Positions 35,206 to 54,806 of a stretch of DNA of 64,000 nucleotides are shown piece by piece. Location: IMG/VR virus record IMGVR_UViG_3300009104_000014, positions 7,020-71,019 of that record. One strand, given 5' to 3'. Made by a program: the position numbers and the translations under genes. Each line of letters opens with the position of its first letter. The stretch's first letter is position 1. The notes under the pieces are model-generated. The model was given only the letters and a program-made list of their open reading frames with translations. It did not search any database and was not told the origin of the DNA. This DNA is from a virus.

Positions 35206-36291
35206 TCATATCTCTCTACGAGTCATGTTTACTCTCTTCATGTATGATAAATTAAGTTGGTGGATGCAAACTGCCTCATCTTCATCCATTTTTGTATCAA
35301 ATGTTAGATTATACCCAATTAAGGAATCAATACTGCCCTCTAAACCAGTCTTAGTATACAGTTCATCAAAACATTCCCCTAAGATAGAAAGACCCAATCT
35401 ATATGCGTTTTTGTAATCTGTTCCTCTTGTAGTCACATATAAATCAATAGTATAATCTTGCTCTGTATTTGCTCCGGCCAAAGTATTGAATTGGGGGGAT
35501 GCAGAAGTAGTAATAACTACATGAATAGTGGGTGGAGTAAGTCTACTTACCATACCACTCGATAAATCATAGCCATAAATGATAGAGGAAGGGGTCACAT
35601 GGTTCTTAATGAAGAATCTCTTAGAGTTCTTGAGAACTTCTACTACAGATAACCCAGTTCTAATAAAAGATGTAGTCACAAAATCGCTAATGTCCATTTC
35701 ATCAGGTGAATATGCGCCTTGTGTAGTGCAATAAACGAGTTCCCAATCTAATGTTCCTGTAGTATTGCCCCAATAAATACCACTACTACTGGATGAAGAC
35801 CCTGTGACGCTCAGATAATGCGTGTTTGCATCATCATCCTCTATAATGTCGTCAAAATACAACTCAGCCTTGCCGTTTGAGTCTAAAGTAAGCCTTAGTA
35901 AAACAGGAACAGACCAATCTTCGCTTGCATCCAAATCCAAATCCGATTTAGTAGCAGTAGTAGCACCAACTAATTTGATTTGCTCGTTGCTACTTGCTAT
36001 TTGCACTTCTGCTCTATGAGTCCCATTATCAATAGCCATAACGACTTCATCAGCATCCGGTTTAGCAACATAAACAAAACTGGCAACGAGAGTGTTGCTA
36101 TTTCCAGCACTTACTTTCCATGTTTGTCCCCCCGAACCACTTACTATTCTCCAATTACTATCATTTGCCGAACCATCTCCAGCACTTCCAGCACTTAAAG
36201 CCCAATCTACATTGTTTGCTCCATTAGCACTACTTGGGTCTGCCAAATTAGTTCTACTGGTCCAATAATGAGTTCTATCCGATATAGCCAT
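35206..36291 (-). CDS. probable tail terminator/neck protein with N-terminal lectin-like beta domain
   Basis: Immediately upstream of the tail tube; C-terminal ~150 aa resemble a tail-completion fold. Confidence 0.5.
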   Translation of the reverse strand: MAISDRTHYWTSRTNLADPSSANGANNVDWALSAGSAGDGSANDSNWRIVSGSGGQTWKVSAGNSNTLVASFVYVAKPDADEVVMAIDNGTHRAEVQIASSNEQIKLVGATTATKSDLDLDASEDWSVPVLLRLTLDSNGKAELYFDDIIEDDDANTHYLSVTGSSSSSSGIYWGNTTGTLDWELVYCTTQGAYSPDEMDISDFVTTSFIRTGLSVVEVLKNSKRFFIKNHVTPSSIIYGYDLSSGMVSRLTPPTIHVVITTSASPQFNTLAGANTEQDYTIDLYVTTRGTDYKNAYRLGLSILGECFDELYTKTGLEGSIDSLIGYNLTFDTKMDEDEAVCIHQLNLSYMKRVNMTRREI

Positions 36292-36292
36292 T

Positions 36293-37021
36293 CTATACAC
36301 TTCCACTTCTAAATCCTAATGCGCTTCCCAAGAACTCAAGTCGCCTTGGTATCCACTTTTCTCTGAAATCTTCTCTAATCATATTTTCCATAAAGGCAGT
36401 ATAATCATATCTTTTCCTACCTGTAAATCCGGGGTGCTTGCCCTTTAGCGACATTGGTAATGAACTCATTACGCTATATGGGTTTACACCGGCCGCTTTC
36501 TTTGCGACTCCATGTCTAACAGAAGACCTTACAGTAGGTGGTAGATTGGTTAATCTACCCTTTTTTCTATAGGTGAATGGACTCATACCGCGCTTTACTA
36601 TCTGAGCAATGGTTTTCTTTGTATTTTCAGGTTGTCTTTGACCCTTAACACCATAAGGAAGTGGAAAAGAACCCGCTCTTACTATACCATCAGGCATAAC
36701 CTCTGCATCCAAAGAGTCAGCAACTCTTCTGTATATACTCTTGGTTGTTTTGAATTGTCTTGTTGGTGGTAGTGATTGGTTCCATGTTGTAGGGTCTTTT
36801 TTCTTGAGTTGTGCTTGAGCCGCAGGTATTACCTGTGATTTCAAATAGCCCCAAATCTCATACGCCAACCATTGTTTTGAATCATTTATTTCCGTATCCA
36901 AATCTTCTATGGCTTTAATAAGCCCTCTATCATAATACCCTACTCTAAATTGAACGGCAGAACCCATGTTTGCCCCACCACTACGGCGGCGATAAGGGGA
37001 TAATTGGCGGGTATACGGCAT
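36293..37021 (-). CDS. basic neck/tail-completion protein (HK97 gp10-like position)
   Basis: Basic, 'HPG' near C-terminus, synteny. Confidence 0.45.
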   Translation of the reverse strand: MPYTRQLSPYRRRSGGANMGSAVQFRVGYYDRGLIKAIEDLDTEINDSKQWLAYEIWGYLKSQVIPAAQAQLKKKDPTTWNQSLPPTRQFKTTKSIYRRVADSLDAEVMPDGIVRAGSFPLPYGVKGQRQPENTKKTIAQIVKRGMSPFTYRKKGRLTNLPPTVRSSVRHGVAKKAAGVNPYSVMSSLPMSLKGKHPGFTGRKRYDYTAFMENMIREDFREKWIPRRLEFLGSALGFRSGSV

Positions 37022-37560
37022 TAGTCAACACTTCCAAGGTGGGCTAAACGAGATAGATTATCATTTCCTCTTGACCTTAGAGTGTTAGTTCTCAAACCAC
37101 CATCCCTTAAACCACCTTGCTGAAACACAGAGTCATCTTCTAAGTAGTAGGATGCGGCTAAATCAGCGCAAATCTCTCTAATAACATGAGCAAACTCTCC
37201 TTCTTGAACGGTCACACCGGATAAATGGTCTGCGGATATTCCTGATACACCAGTTAAGGTATGTGTAGATTTACCAGTCCACGAAAACGAATCTCCATCT
37301 ATATTCCCATTACCAGCAGAGGCAAAAGAAGCACCATCGGTTAGAAGTATACTCGTAGCACCTGCGGCAACTGCGCCATTCAAAGTGGTTTCGCCTATTT
37401 CTCTGCTTGGTGCATCTCTTCCATAATCCCTAAAGGCTTGGTCTATATCTATTGTAGCCCTTCTGATAGCACTTGTTAATCTTGTAGCGGCTCTGCTTCT
37501 TTGTGCAGAATCAAGACCTAATCTTTGGCCCACATCAGCATTAGAACAATAATAACTCAA
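37021..37560 (-). CDS. head-tail adaptor (gp15/gp36-like) with inserted beta module
   Basis: 'YYCSNADV', 'AIRRATIDID', 'IREICADLAASYY'; TTG start at 37560. Confidence 0.7.
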   Translation of the reverse strand: MSYYCSNADVGQRLGLDSAQRSRAATRLTSAIRRATIDIDQAFRDYGRDAPSREIGETTLNGAVAAGATSILLTDGASFASAGNGNIDGDSFSWTGKSTHTLTGVSGISADHLSGVTVQEGEFAHVIREICADLAASYYLEDDSVFQQGGLRDGGLRTNTLRSRGNDNLSRLAHLGSVD

Positions 37561-37805
37561 AGAAACACACCCGCTAAGAAACACAATGCACAGAGCCTCA
37601 AGGCCCACACTATTCTGTTCATTAAGGTCGCTGACCTATCAATCTGTCGGTCATATTTAACCAACTTTTCGTATTGTATATTCTGTATTGTAGTAGCCAT
37701 CGCTATTACCCTCTCTTCTAAAGTGTGTATTCTCCATTCTATTCGAGAAAGTTCAGGGTTAGGTTCCCGCTCTGAATCCACTCCTTTACTGTCTGAACCT
37801 CGCAA
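37557..37805 (-). CDS. small coiled-coil membrane protein (start uncertain)
   Basis: C-terminal hydrophobic helix. Confidence 0.4.
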   Translation of the reverse strand: MRGSDSKGVDSEREPNPELSRIEWRIHTLEERVIAMATTIQNIQYEKLVKYDRQIDRSATLMNRIVWALRLCALCFLAGVFL

Positions 37806-38110
37806 AACTCGCCCCCCTCAATGTGATAGCCTACCGGCGTTATCAAATAGGTTGCGAAGGTCGTATAAACGCTTCCTTCAAAGTCGGTTTCGTTATTAGC
37901 CGTTCCATTAAACACTATGTAGTAATCAGTATTTAAGTAATTTGTTTCGTAGTATTTATCAACCACATAACCCTCTACCCAATAACAATCATCCGTAAAT
38001 ATCAAGCCTGACGGCTTGTAAGGGGATAATGCACTTGCAGTAATAGTAATCAGAACCACAAAAAAAAGAAACAAAGCACCGCCCTGTTCTTCGTAGTCCG
38101 AATCTAACAT
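37739..38110 (-). CDS. membrane-anchored protein
   Basis: N-terminal transmembrane segment 'ALFLFFVVLITITASAL'. Confidence 0.6.
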   Translation of the reverse strand: MLDSDYEEQGGALFLFFVVLITITASALSPYKPSGLIFTDDCYWVEGYVVDKYYETNYLNTDYYIVFNGTANNETDFEGSVYTTFATYLITPVGYHIEGGEFCEVQTVKEWIQSGNLTLNFLE

Positions 38111-38428
38111 CTACTCAGCACCGGAAATGCGCTCGATTAAATCGGCTTTAGTTCCGGTAGTAGAAAGTCCTTTTTCTTTAGCGATAGCGATTAACTCAGC
38201 CTTTTTCTTGGTTTCAAGAGCCTCTTCCAAATCTTCTGCGGCATCAACTATTTTGTCTGCGAACTTTTCGCCTTCTTCGACTGCTCCAAGAACTTCATCA
38301 AGTGTTATTTTACCATCAGCATTGATTTGTTGATACTTCTTAAGACCCCATATAGCACCTGCGCCTACTGCGGCGGCAAGACCAAGCCATATCTCTAACT
38401 CTACTCCATAAATCTGTATATCATTCAC
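38111..38428 (-). CDS. TM plus EF-hand-like plus SAP/HeH domain protein
   Basis: TM helix, 'NADGKITLDE', C-terminal 'KKAELIAIAKEKGLSTTGTKADLIERI'. Confidence 0.75.
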   Translation of the reverse strand: MNDIQIYGVELEIWLGLAAAVGAGAIWGLKKYQQINADGKITLDEVLGAVEEGEKFADKIVDAAEDLEEALETKKKAELIAIAKEKGLSTTGTKADLIERISGAE

Positions 38429-38588
38429 CCCCTTTGTATTGTATTTCCTTAACTGCGGAATGTGGAATTACTGTAAATGGGCCATCTTCGCCCACTCTGT
38501 ATATCTTGTATCCGTGTGTGGTTTCTTCTATGAGAACTCTCGTATAACACTTTTCGGGTGGTTGATATACAATTTTACCTTCTTTCAT
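38421..38588 (-). CDS. small beta-rich protein
   Basis: MKEGKIVYQPP...; GGTG RBS upstream. Confidence 0.55.
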   Translation of the reverse strand: MKEGKIVYQPPEKCYTRVLIEETTHGYKIYRVGEDGPFTVIPHSAVKEIQYKGGE

Positions 38589-38589
38589 A

Positions 38590-39141
38590 TTAACACCATC
38601 TCGGTCCTTCATACCATCCCACAAGACTGTTTCTATTACCCTCTGTAATAGGGGAAACTGCGTGGTCGTAGTATGATACAAATGCTATGATTGTTCCTCG
38701 CCTTTTAACCGCTTCGGAATCGGGGTTTTGTGTGGTCATAAAGGAGAACTCTCCCCCTTCGTAATCTTTTGGGTCTGATAATTGAATAACTACAGATATT
38801 TTTCTGTGCAAACCATCATCTCTATCCCAATCTACATCATGGTGGTCGCCATAGAAATGCCCTATGTCTTTGTATTCAGTATATTGAAGATAAGGAAGTT
38901 CTGTTATATGCAACTTAAAATGCTTGTTGGCTTCTCTTGCATATTTATCTACCAACTCCAATATATCAGGGAACCTATCACTATGAATCCACCTAACTTG
39001 TGTTTTTCTGTTAGGGTCGTCTTCATCTTTGAATGTTCTTGCTTTTTGTGGCTCTAAGGTTTGGCCGGATGCAATGATATAATCGCATTGTTCATCTGTT
39101 AATTCTGCTTCCCACATCATCCAAGCGGGGTGCTTTCTCAT
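38590..39141 (-). CDS. 2OG-Fe(II) dioxygenase (prolyl-hydroxylase-like)
   Basis: HxD 'HHDVD', 'RKISVVIQLS...YEGGEF', 'HAVSPITEGNRNSLVGW'; own TATA (TTTAATA) 29 nt upstream. Confidence 0.9.
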   Translation of the reverse strand: MRKHPAWMMWEAELTDEQCDYIIASGQTLEPQKARTFKDEDDPNRKTQVRWIHSDRFPDILELVDKYAREANKHFKLHITELPYLQYTEYKDIGHFYGDHHDVDWDRDDGLHRKISVVIQLSDPKDYEGGEFSFMTTQNPDSEAVKRRGTIIAFVSYYDHAVSPITEGNRNSLVGWYEGPRWC

Positions 39142-39181
39142 AATACAACCTCAACATGATAGGTATTAAACATTGGTATTA

Positions 39182-39436
39182 CTAAACCACCCAATTCGGG
39201 GTATCAGGAAAGTTCTCACCAGCAAGATTAGCCGTTTCGTAATCTGTAATATCCCGTAGGGCTTGTCTGTAAGTAGTAAGTTCAGTTTTCTGTTCCTCAG
39301 TTAATTTTTCATATCTATCGGCCAGCATCCATAAATCACTTTGAATCAACAAAGATAATCTCAAAGATAATACATCTTGCCACCCAAGTTCAGTATAAGA
39401 TACTTCTCCATCAGTTTTTCTCATTCGTATATTCAT
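39182..39436 (-). CDS. fibre assembly chaperone (Tfa-like)
   Basis: 'R..LLIQSDLW...YRQALRDIT...FPDTP' motif. Confidence 0.8.
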   Translation of the reverse strand: MNIRMRKTDGEVSYTELGWQDVLSLRLSLLIQSDLWMLADRYEKLTEEQKTELTTYRQALRDITDYETANLAGENFPDTPNWVV

Positions 39437-39443
39437 ATTATCA

Positions 39444-41411
39444 TCATCCTATCACACAATAAACCTGTGGAATCATATAAGCCCAATACCCGCTTATACT
39501 CGAAGGGCTTGAAGGTAAAGAAGTCGCGTTATTGTTGCTTCTTACATTAACTCGCGAGGCCTGATTTCCACCAGCCTGACCTGAATAGGTTATTGCCCTA
39601 TTTGAAGTATTACTACCATAAAGTGAGTTATTCACGCTTGAGTCATCAACCATATATCCGACCCAATACTGAGTTCCTTTGACTAATGTAATCGTTGAAT
39701 CGAACTGTGTGGAGTCAAATGCGGCGGCTGAATCAATACTGATTTCAACCCTACCTAATTTTGAAGCCGGAGAGCCATTAGAGTCTGAGTAAATCCCTAT
39801 TTGCACATCTGCATCACCAGCATAGTTATGCACTCTTATACCGAGTTTTGTTATATTTCCTGAATCAGGCGCAAGGAATGGGAAGTATTGAACATAAGAA
39901 GTAAATGGATTTCCATAAGCCATTTGAGCATCACCGAAGGGGTAAAGTTGGTTAAGGTAAGATTGAGGAATATCAATTAACTTTGCACCATCAAAGTGAG
40001 AAGAACCACCGCCAGCATCTTCCCATGCTACTGCGCTACCTGTTGAAGTGAGAACCTGTCCGTCTGAACCAACTGAACCATTGATTTTGAGAATTGAATT
40101 GGGGATATTGACCGAACCATCACTTTCTCCTGTTATCCATACGGGAGTTGTGCTATCTCCCGCACTTATTGATAACTGCCTATTTGCCGTTGCGCTCGGA
40201 ACATCTGCCCTTCCGATTACAACATTTCCTGTTCCGGTAGTGATATTATCTCCAGCGTATTGACCTAATGCGATGTTATAGTGTCCGGTAGTAGCGGCTC
40301 TCAAAGCATTTCCACCGACACCTGTATTTCTTTGGCCTGTAGTGATAAACATTCCAACATCTTGACCGACGGCCACATTAACATATCCATCTGTTGTTGA
40401 CTTTAATGTCTGATGACCTACGGCTACATTTCCACCGCCTGTTGTATTATCGTTTAATGCTAAATCACCTATACCTACATTTTCTCCGGCACTTGTAGTG
40501 GATTCACCCGCTTCCCAACCAACATAAACATTTTTGTAGCCGGTAGTTATTCCCGAACCTGCTTTATGACCTAATGCTACATTTCCATCTCCGCTTGTTA
40601 TTGCATCTCCGGCATAATTACCAATTGCGAGATTCTGCTCGCCACCGGCAATAGAACCACCTAAAGCATCATATCCAATTGCTATGTTATCCGATTCTGT
40701 ATCTGCATTATCATAAGCCTTGTAGCCAATAGCAATATTTCTAAGACCTGTTGTATTATTATGTCCGGCTTCTTTCCCAATAAAAACTAAGTTTGAAGCA
40801 GTTGATATATTACGACCTGCACTTTCTCCAATTGCTACATTATCATCTCCGGTTGTTAGTCCATCTCTCATAGCATACTTGCCTATTGCGACATTGTTGT
40901 TAGCAACACCATTTATTGCATACATAGCATTATCGCCAATAGCAACATTGTATGAAGATGCAACGCCGCTCGAATTACCTTTTGAGGCGTTTCCACCAAT
41001 ACAGATATTACCTGCACCATTGGTTATGTTTTGACCTGCACCCGAACCAATACCTATATTATTTGATTGAGTAGTTATTTTTTGTAATGCACCCCAACCG
41101 CCTATTGCTATGTTATAACCACCTGTAGTTATATCATTAAGTGATTGATTTCCTATAGCAATATTATAATCAGCAGATGTTAAATTGGCTAAAACATCTT
41201 CTCCAAGACCGACATTTCCTGTTGCGCTATTTAGTGTTCCTGTTGTTGGGGCTGAACCATCACTATTTAATTGAAGTAAGAACCCGTTAGTAAAGTTAGT
41301 AGCATCCATCAATACATCATCTAAACCACCAATAGCAGAAGCACCACCGGCACTTGTCCCATCATCTATTGTGTTGTCTGCTTTCCTTCTCCTAAACGGT
41401 TGCCTACCCAT
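39444..41411 (-). CDS. fibre/spike protein with YadA-head-like (N.AIG) repeats
   Basis: ~14-aa 'NIAIG..A' repeats, 'GQVLTSTGSAVAW' linker, distinct C-terminal tip domain. Confidence 0.8.
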   Translation of the reverse strand: MGRQPFRRRKADNTIDDGTSAGGASAIGGLDDVLMDATNFTNGFLLQLNSDGSAPTTGTLNSATGNVGLGEDVLANLTSADYNIAIGNQSLNDITTGGYNIAIGGWGALQKITTQSNNIGIGSGAGQNITNGAGNICIGGNASKGNSSGVASSYNVAIGDNAMYAINGVANNNVAIGKYAMRDGLTTGDDNVAIGESAGRNISTASNLVFIGKEAGHNNTTGLRNIAIGYKAYDNADTESDNIAIGYDALGGSIAGGEQNLAIGNYAGDAITSGDGNVALGHKAGSGITTGYKNVYVGWEAGESTTSAGENVGIGDLALNDNTTGGGNVAVGHQTLKSTTDGYVNVAVGQDVGMFITTGQRNTGVGGNALRAATTGHYNIALGQYAGDNITTGTGNVVIGRADVPSATANRQLSISAGDSTTPVWITGESDGSVNIPNSILKINGSVGSDGQVLTSTGSAVAWEDAGGGSSHFDGAKLIDIPQSYLNQLYPFGDAQMAYGNPFTSYVQYFPFLAPDSGNITKLGIRVHNYAGDADVQIGIYSDSNGSPASKLGRVEISIDSAAAFDSTQFDSTITLVKGTQYWVGYMVDDSSVNNSLYGSNTSNRAITYSGQAGGNQASRVNVRSNNNATSLPSSPSSISGYWAYMIPQVYCVIG

Positions 41412-41422
41412 ATTTAATCACC

Positions 41423-52419
<10,997 letters not shown>

Positions 52420-52421
52420 GC

Positions 52422-52817
52422 TTACTCAATCCTTGTGCTACTCTTTGTCGTGTAGAATGCAGTTCCGCCTTCTTCCGCTATGAGTGCAAGGACTTCGTTA
52501 GCCTGTTTTTGCATCGTTTCTAATTGAGTTCTCAACCTTATGTCCTGTTGTCTAAACTCATTCTCAGGCACATACATTGGGGCCGTATCTATCAGCACCC
52601 TTAGACAATCACAACAAACCAAGTATTTGATAGCATCCGATTTTTCTGCGTCACTTACTGCATAAGTGGATACATTGTAGTCTGTTCCTCTTGCCATTTT
52701 TACTACTTGATTTGTTCTAATTGTGATATATTCGGAGATTGTTCCTTCATTCAACCCCTTAGGTCTATTCAGTAAATCTCTAATTTGATTATTAGTCACC
52801 GAAATAGCCATTATCAT
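52422..52817 (-). CDS. probable head-tail connector (gp6/gp15-like)
   Basis: '[11 protein letters not shown]...TISEYI', size and position downstream of the capsid gene. Confidence 0.55.
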   Translation of the reverse strand: MIMAISVTNNQIRDLLNRPKGLNEGTISEYITIRTNQVVKMARGTDYNVSTYAVSDAEKSDAIKYLVCCDCLRVLIDTAPMYVPENEFRQQDIRLRTQLETMQKQANEVLALIAEEGGTAFYTTKSSTRIE

Positions 52818-53137
52818 TCCTCTTCGTCTGTATTAAAATTGAGCGGTATATCCAAGAAAACCGCATCTTTGGGACAAGAGGGAGTTCTACCCATCAAAAA
52901 TACTTCGCCTGATTTAACAATCTGTCGGGCGAACTCGCTATTTGGGACCCAATAGGTAAACCCTGTAGCAAGGATATTTTGAGGACCTTCTCTTCTTGGT
53001 CTTCGTATAAGACGGATAAGCCAACCATTACCTTCTTCCCAGTTGTTTAGCCTATGCTCTAAATTAGCGATAGTAGGCTCACTCGGAACTGGTATCTGCT
53101 TCTTCCTCAACTGACTCGTCAACGATGCTCTGCTCAT
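52814..53137 (-). CDS. hypothetical protein
   Basis: 107-aa ORF, ATGA-coupled. Confidence 0.6.
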   Translation of the reverse strand: MSRASLTSQLRKKQIPVPSEPTIANLEHRLNNWEEGNGWLIRLIRRPRREGPQNILATGFTYWVPNSEFARQIVKSGEVFLMGRTPSCPKDAVFLDIPLNFNTDEEE

Positions 53138-53327
53138 CCTTTACACTCTCCTTTTTCTTATATGTTCTCTTTGGGACTTTCTTTTCGACCTTAGCCTTAG
53201 CCTTAGCCATAACCCAATCTCTAACTTGTCTTCGTGTGACGAAATCTTCGATTTCCTCAATCTCACTCTTGGTCAAATCACGACCAAGTTTGCGAGAAGA
53301 ATAAGTTAGTAGAAAATCATCAACCAT
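53079..53327 (-). CDS. hypothetical protein
   Basis: 82-aa ORF after the capsid gene; overlaps next ORF. Confidence 0.5.
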   Translation of the reverse strand: MVDDFLLTYSSRKLGRDLTKSEIEEIEDFVTRRQVRDWVMAKAKAKVEKKVPKRTYKKKESVKDEQSIVDESVEEEADTSSE

Positions 53328-53428
53328 TTTATCAATCCTTCAAAAAGCATACGCCATCACAAAGAAGGCAATATCCGGTGTTTTCGCATACCATACTAAC
53401 CATCACCTGTAATTAACCCTCATTGCGC

Positions 53429-54331
53429 TTATGCGGCAATGTTGGTTATCTTACAGATGCGGTTATTCTTGCCGCTTGCCGCACCGTCTTGGTGTTCGTG
53501 GATTACACATCCCATGTATCCAGTTAGAATCCAATCGTAGCCGACTCCCGGTAGACGGGTGAGTTCGGTTTCCATGAAACCAGCACCGTTATACTGGAAG
53601 AACTCGCCGGTTTCTGCACCGGGAACCATCAGTAGAGCGGTATCAGCCAATCTTGAGTTGCGACTGAAGTAAACAGTTAGGTTAGCAATTCGAGCCAAGT
53701 GGTCCGAAAGTGACTCAACAACATTTCCATAAAGGGTTGTGTTAAGCAATGTGCTTCGTAGTTTCGCTGGAACGATTAGAGCAAGAGGCTCATCGCCGCT
53801 TACGCGACCACTCTCGAAAATCTTATCCATAGCGGACAAAATATCTGCTTCTGCATCCTCAGTTGCCGTGTCCCATTCGCTACCTGCGCTAACTGCTACA
53901 GACTGACCTGCTCCATCAATCAACTTCTCAAGGATTAGGTCGTCTATTACATCTGCGCGGTTGCGGACAATTGCGAGTTGCTGGCGGTCCATTGTTTCAA
54001 AGGACTCTCCCCTTAGAAGGGTTGAGTCAAGGAAAACAGTTCGGCCCTGACCCTTTAGTAGGTTAGCCTCGTAGGACTGTGTGCCTATGTGAGTTGGGTC
54101 AACAACTGCGTTATCATCGAGTGGGTATGTGAAAGTTCCATCAACTCCAGTATACCACTTAAAAGTTAGCCAGTCTACTGTTCGCACACCAACTACCTGT
54201 GTTCCAACTGCAATCAAAGTAGATTGTAGTTGGATAAAGTCACGGAGCGTCTGCTCCATAACGGCGTTCCCCGGTCCAAAAGGACCACTTGCGGCTTCTA
54301 CATTCAAAATCTCATCTAAAGTCTTTACCAT
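53429..54331 (-). CDS. major capsid protein (HK97 fold)
   Basis: ~300 aa, downstream of protease and decoration genes, GAGGGG RBS, typical A-domain segment 'DILSAMDKI...ALIVP'. Confidence 0.8.
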   Translation of the reverse strand: MVKTLDEILNVEAASGPFGPGNAVMEQTLRDFIQLQSTLIAVGTQVVGVRTVDWLTFKWYTGVDGTFTYPLDDNAVVDPTHIGTQSYEANLLKGQGRTVFLDSTLLRGESFETMDRQQLAIVRNRADVIDDLILEKLIDGAGQSVAVSAGSEWDTATEDAEADILSAMDKIFESGRVSGDEPLALIVPAKLRSTLLNTTLYGNVVESLSDHLARIANLTVYFSRNSRLADTALLMVPGAETGEFFQYNGAGFMETELTRLPGVGYDWILTGYMGCVIHEHQDGAASGKNNRICKITNIAA

Positions 54332-54344
54332 CTTAATCAACCCC

Positions 54345-54806
54345 TCAAGCAATTGCCGCTCCATGTGTATCAACAGAAATCATAGCACCCTCAGTCGCTG
54401 ATGCGGTGTCGCCCGATAGTGGGGCGGCGAGGGCGGTTGCGGCGTGTGCGGAATCTCCGACATATAGCCCCAAGACCTTCTTACTGCTTGCAGACGAATC
54501 AGATGCAAGACCACTTGCACCCGCGTAAACGGTATCGCCAAAGTCGAATGTGGATGAAGCATCAGCCTGAACCATTAGGACTCCGCCCAATGGGACATAG
54601 GAAACGGTTGCTCCTGTCGTATCAAGAGCGTTATCTGCTCCTTCGCGGCTTGAAGATGCAACCGTAATTCCAATAGCAACTGCGCCATTACTGCACAGGT
54701 CTGCGTGGTTAGCGGTTGAACCAACCTTCAATATCTTTCCAGCACCGTAAATCACGGTGGAATCTTCTAATTCAATGTTCCTTGGTGTCTTTCCTTCGTA
54801 TAGCAT
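54345..54806 (-). CDS. capsid decoration/cement protein
   Basis: Ala/Gly/Ser-rich beta protein between protease and MCP; 'FGDTVYAGASG' DUF2190-like pattern. Confidence 0.65.
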   Translation of the reverse strand: MLYEGKTPRNIELEDSTVIYGAGKILKVGSTANHADLCSNGAVAIGITVASSSREGADNALDTTGATVSYVPLGGVLMVQADASSTFDFGDTVYAGASGLASDSSASSKKVLGLYVGDSAHAATALAAPLSGDTASATEGAMISVDTHGAAIA

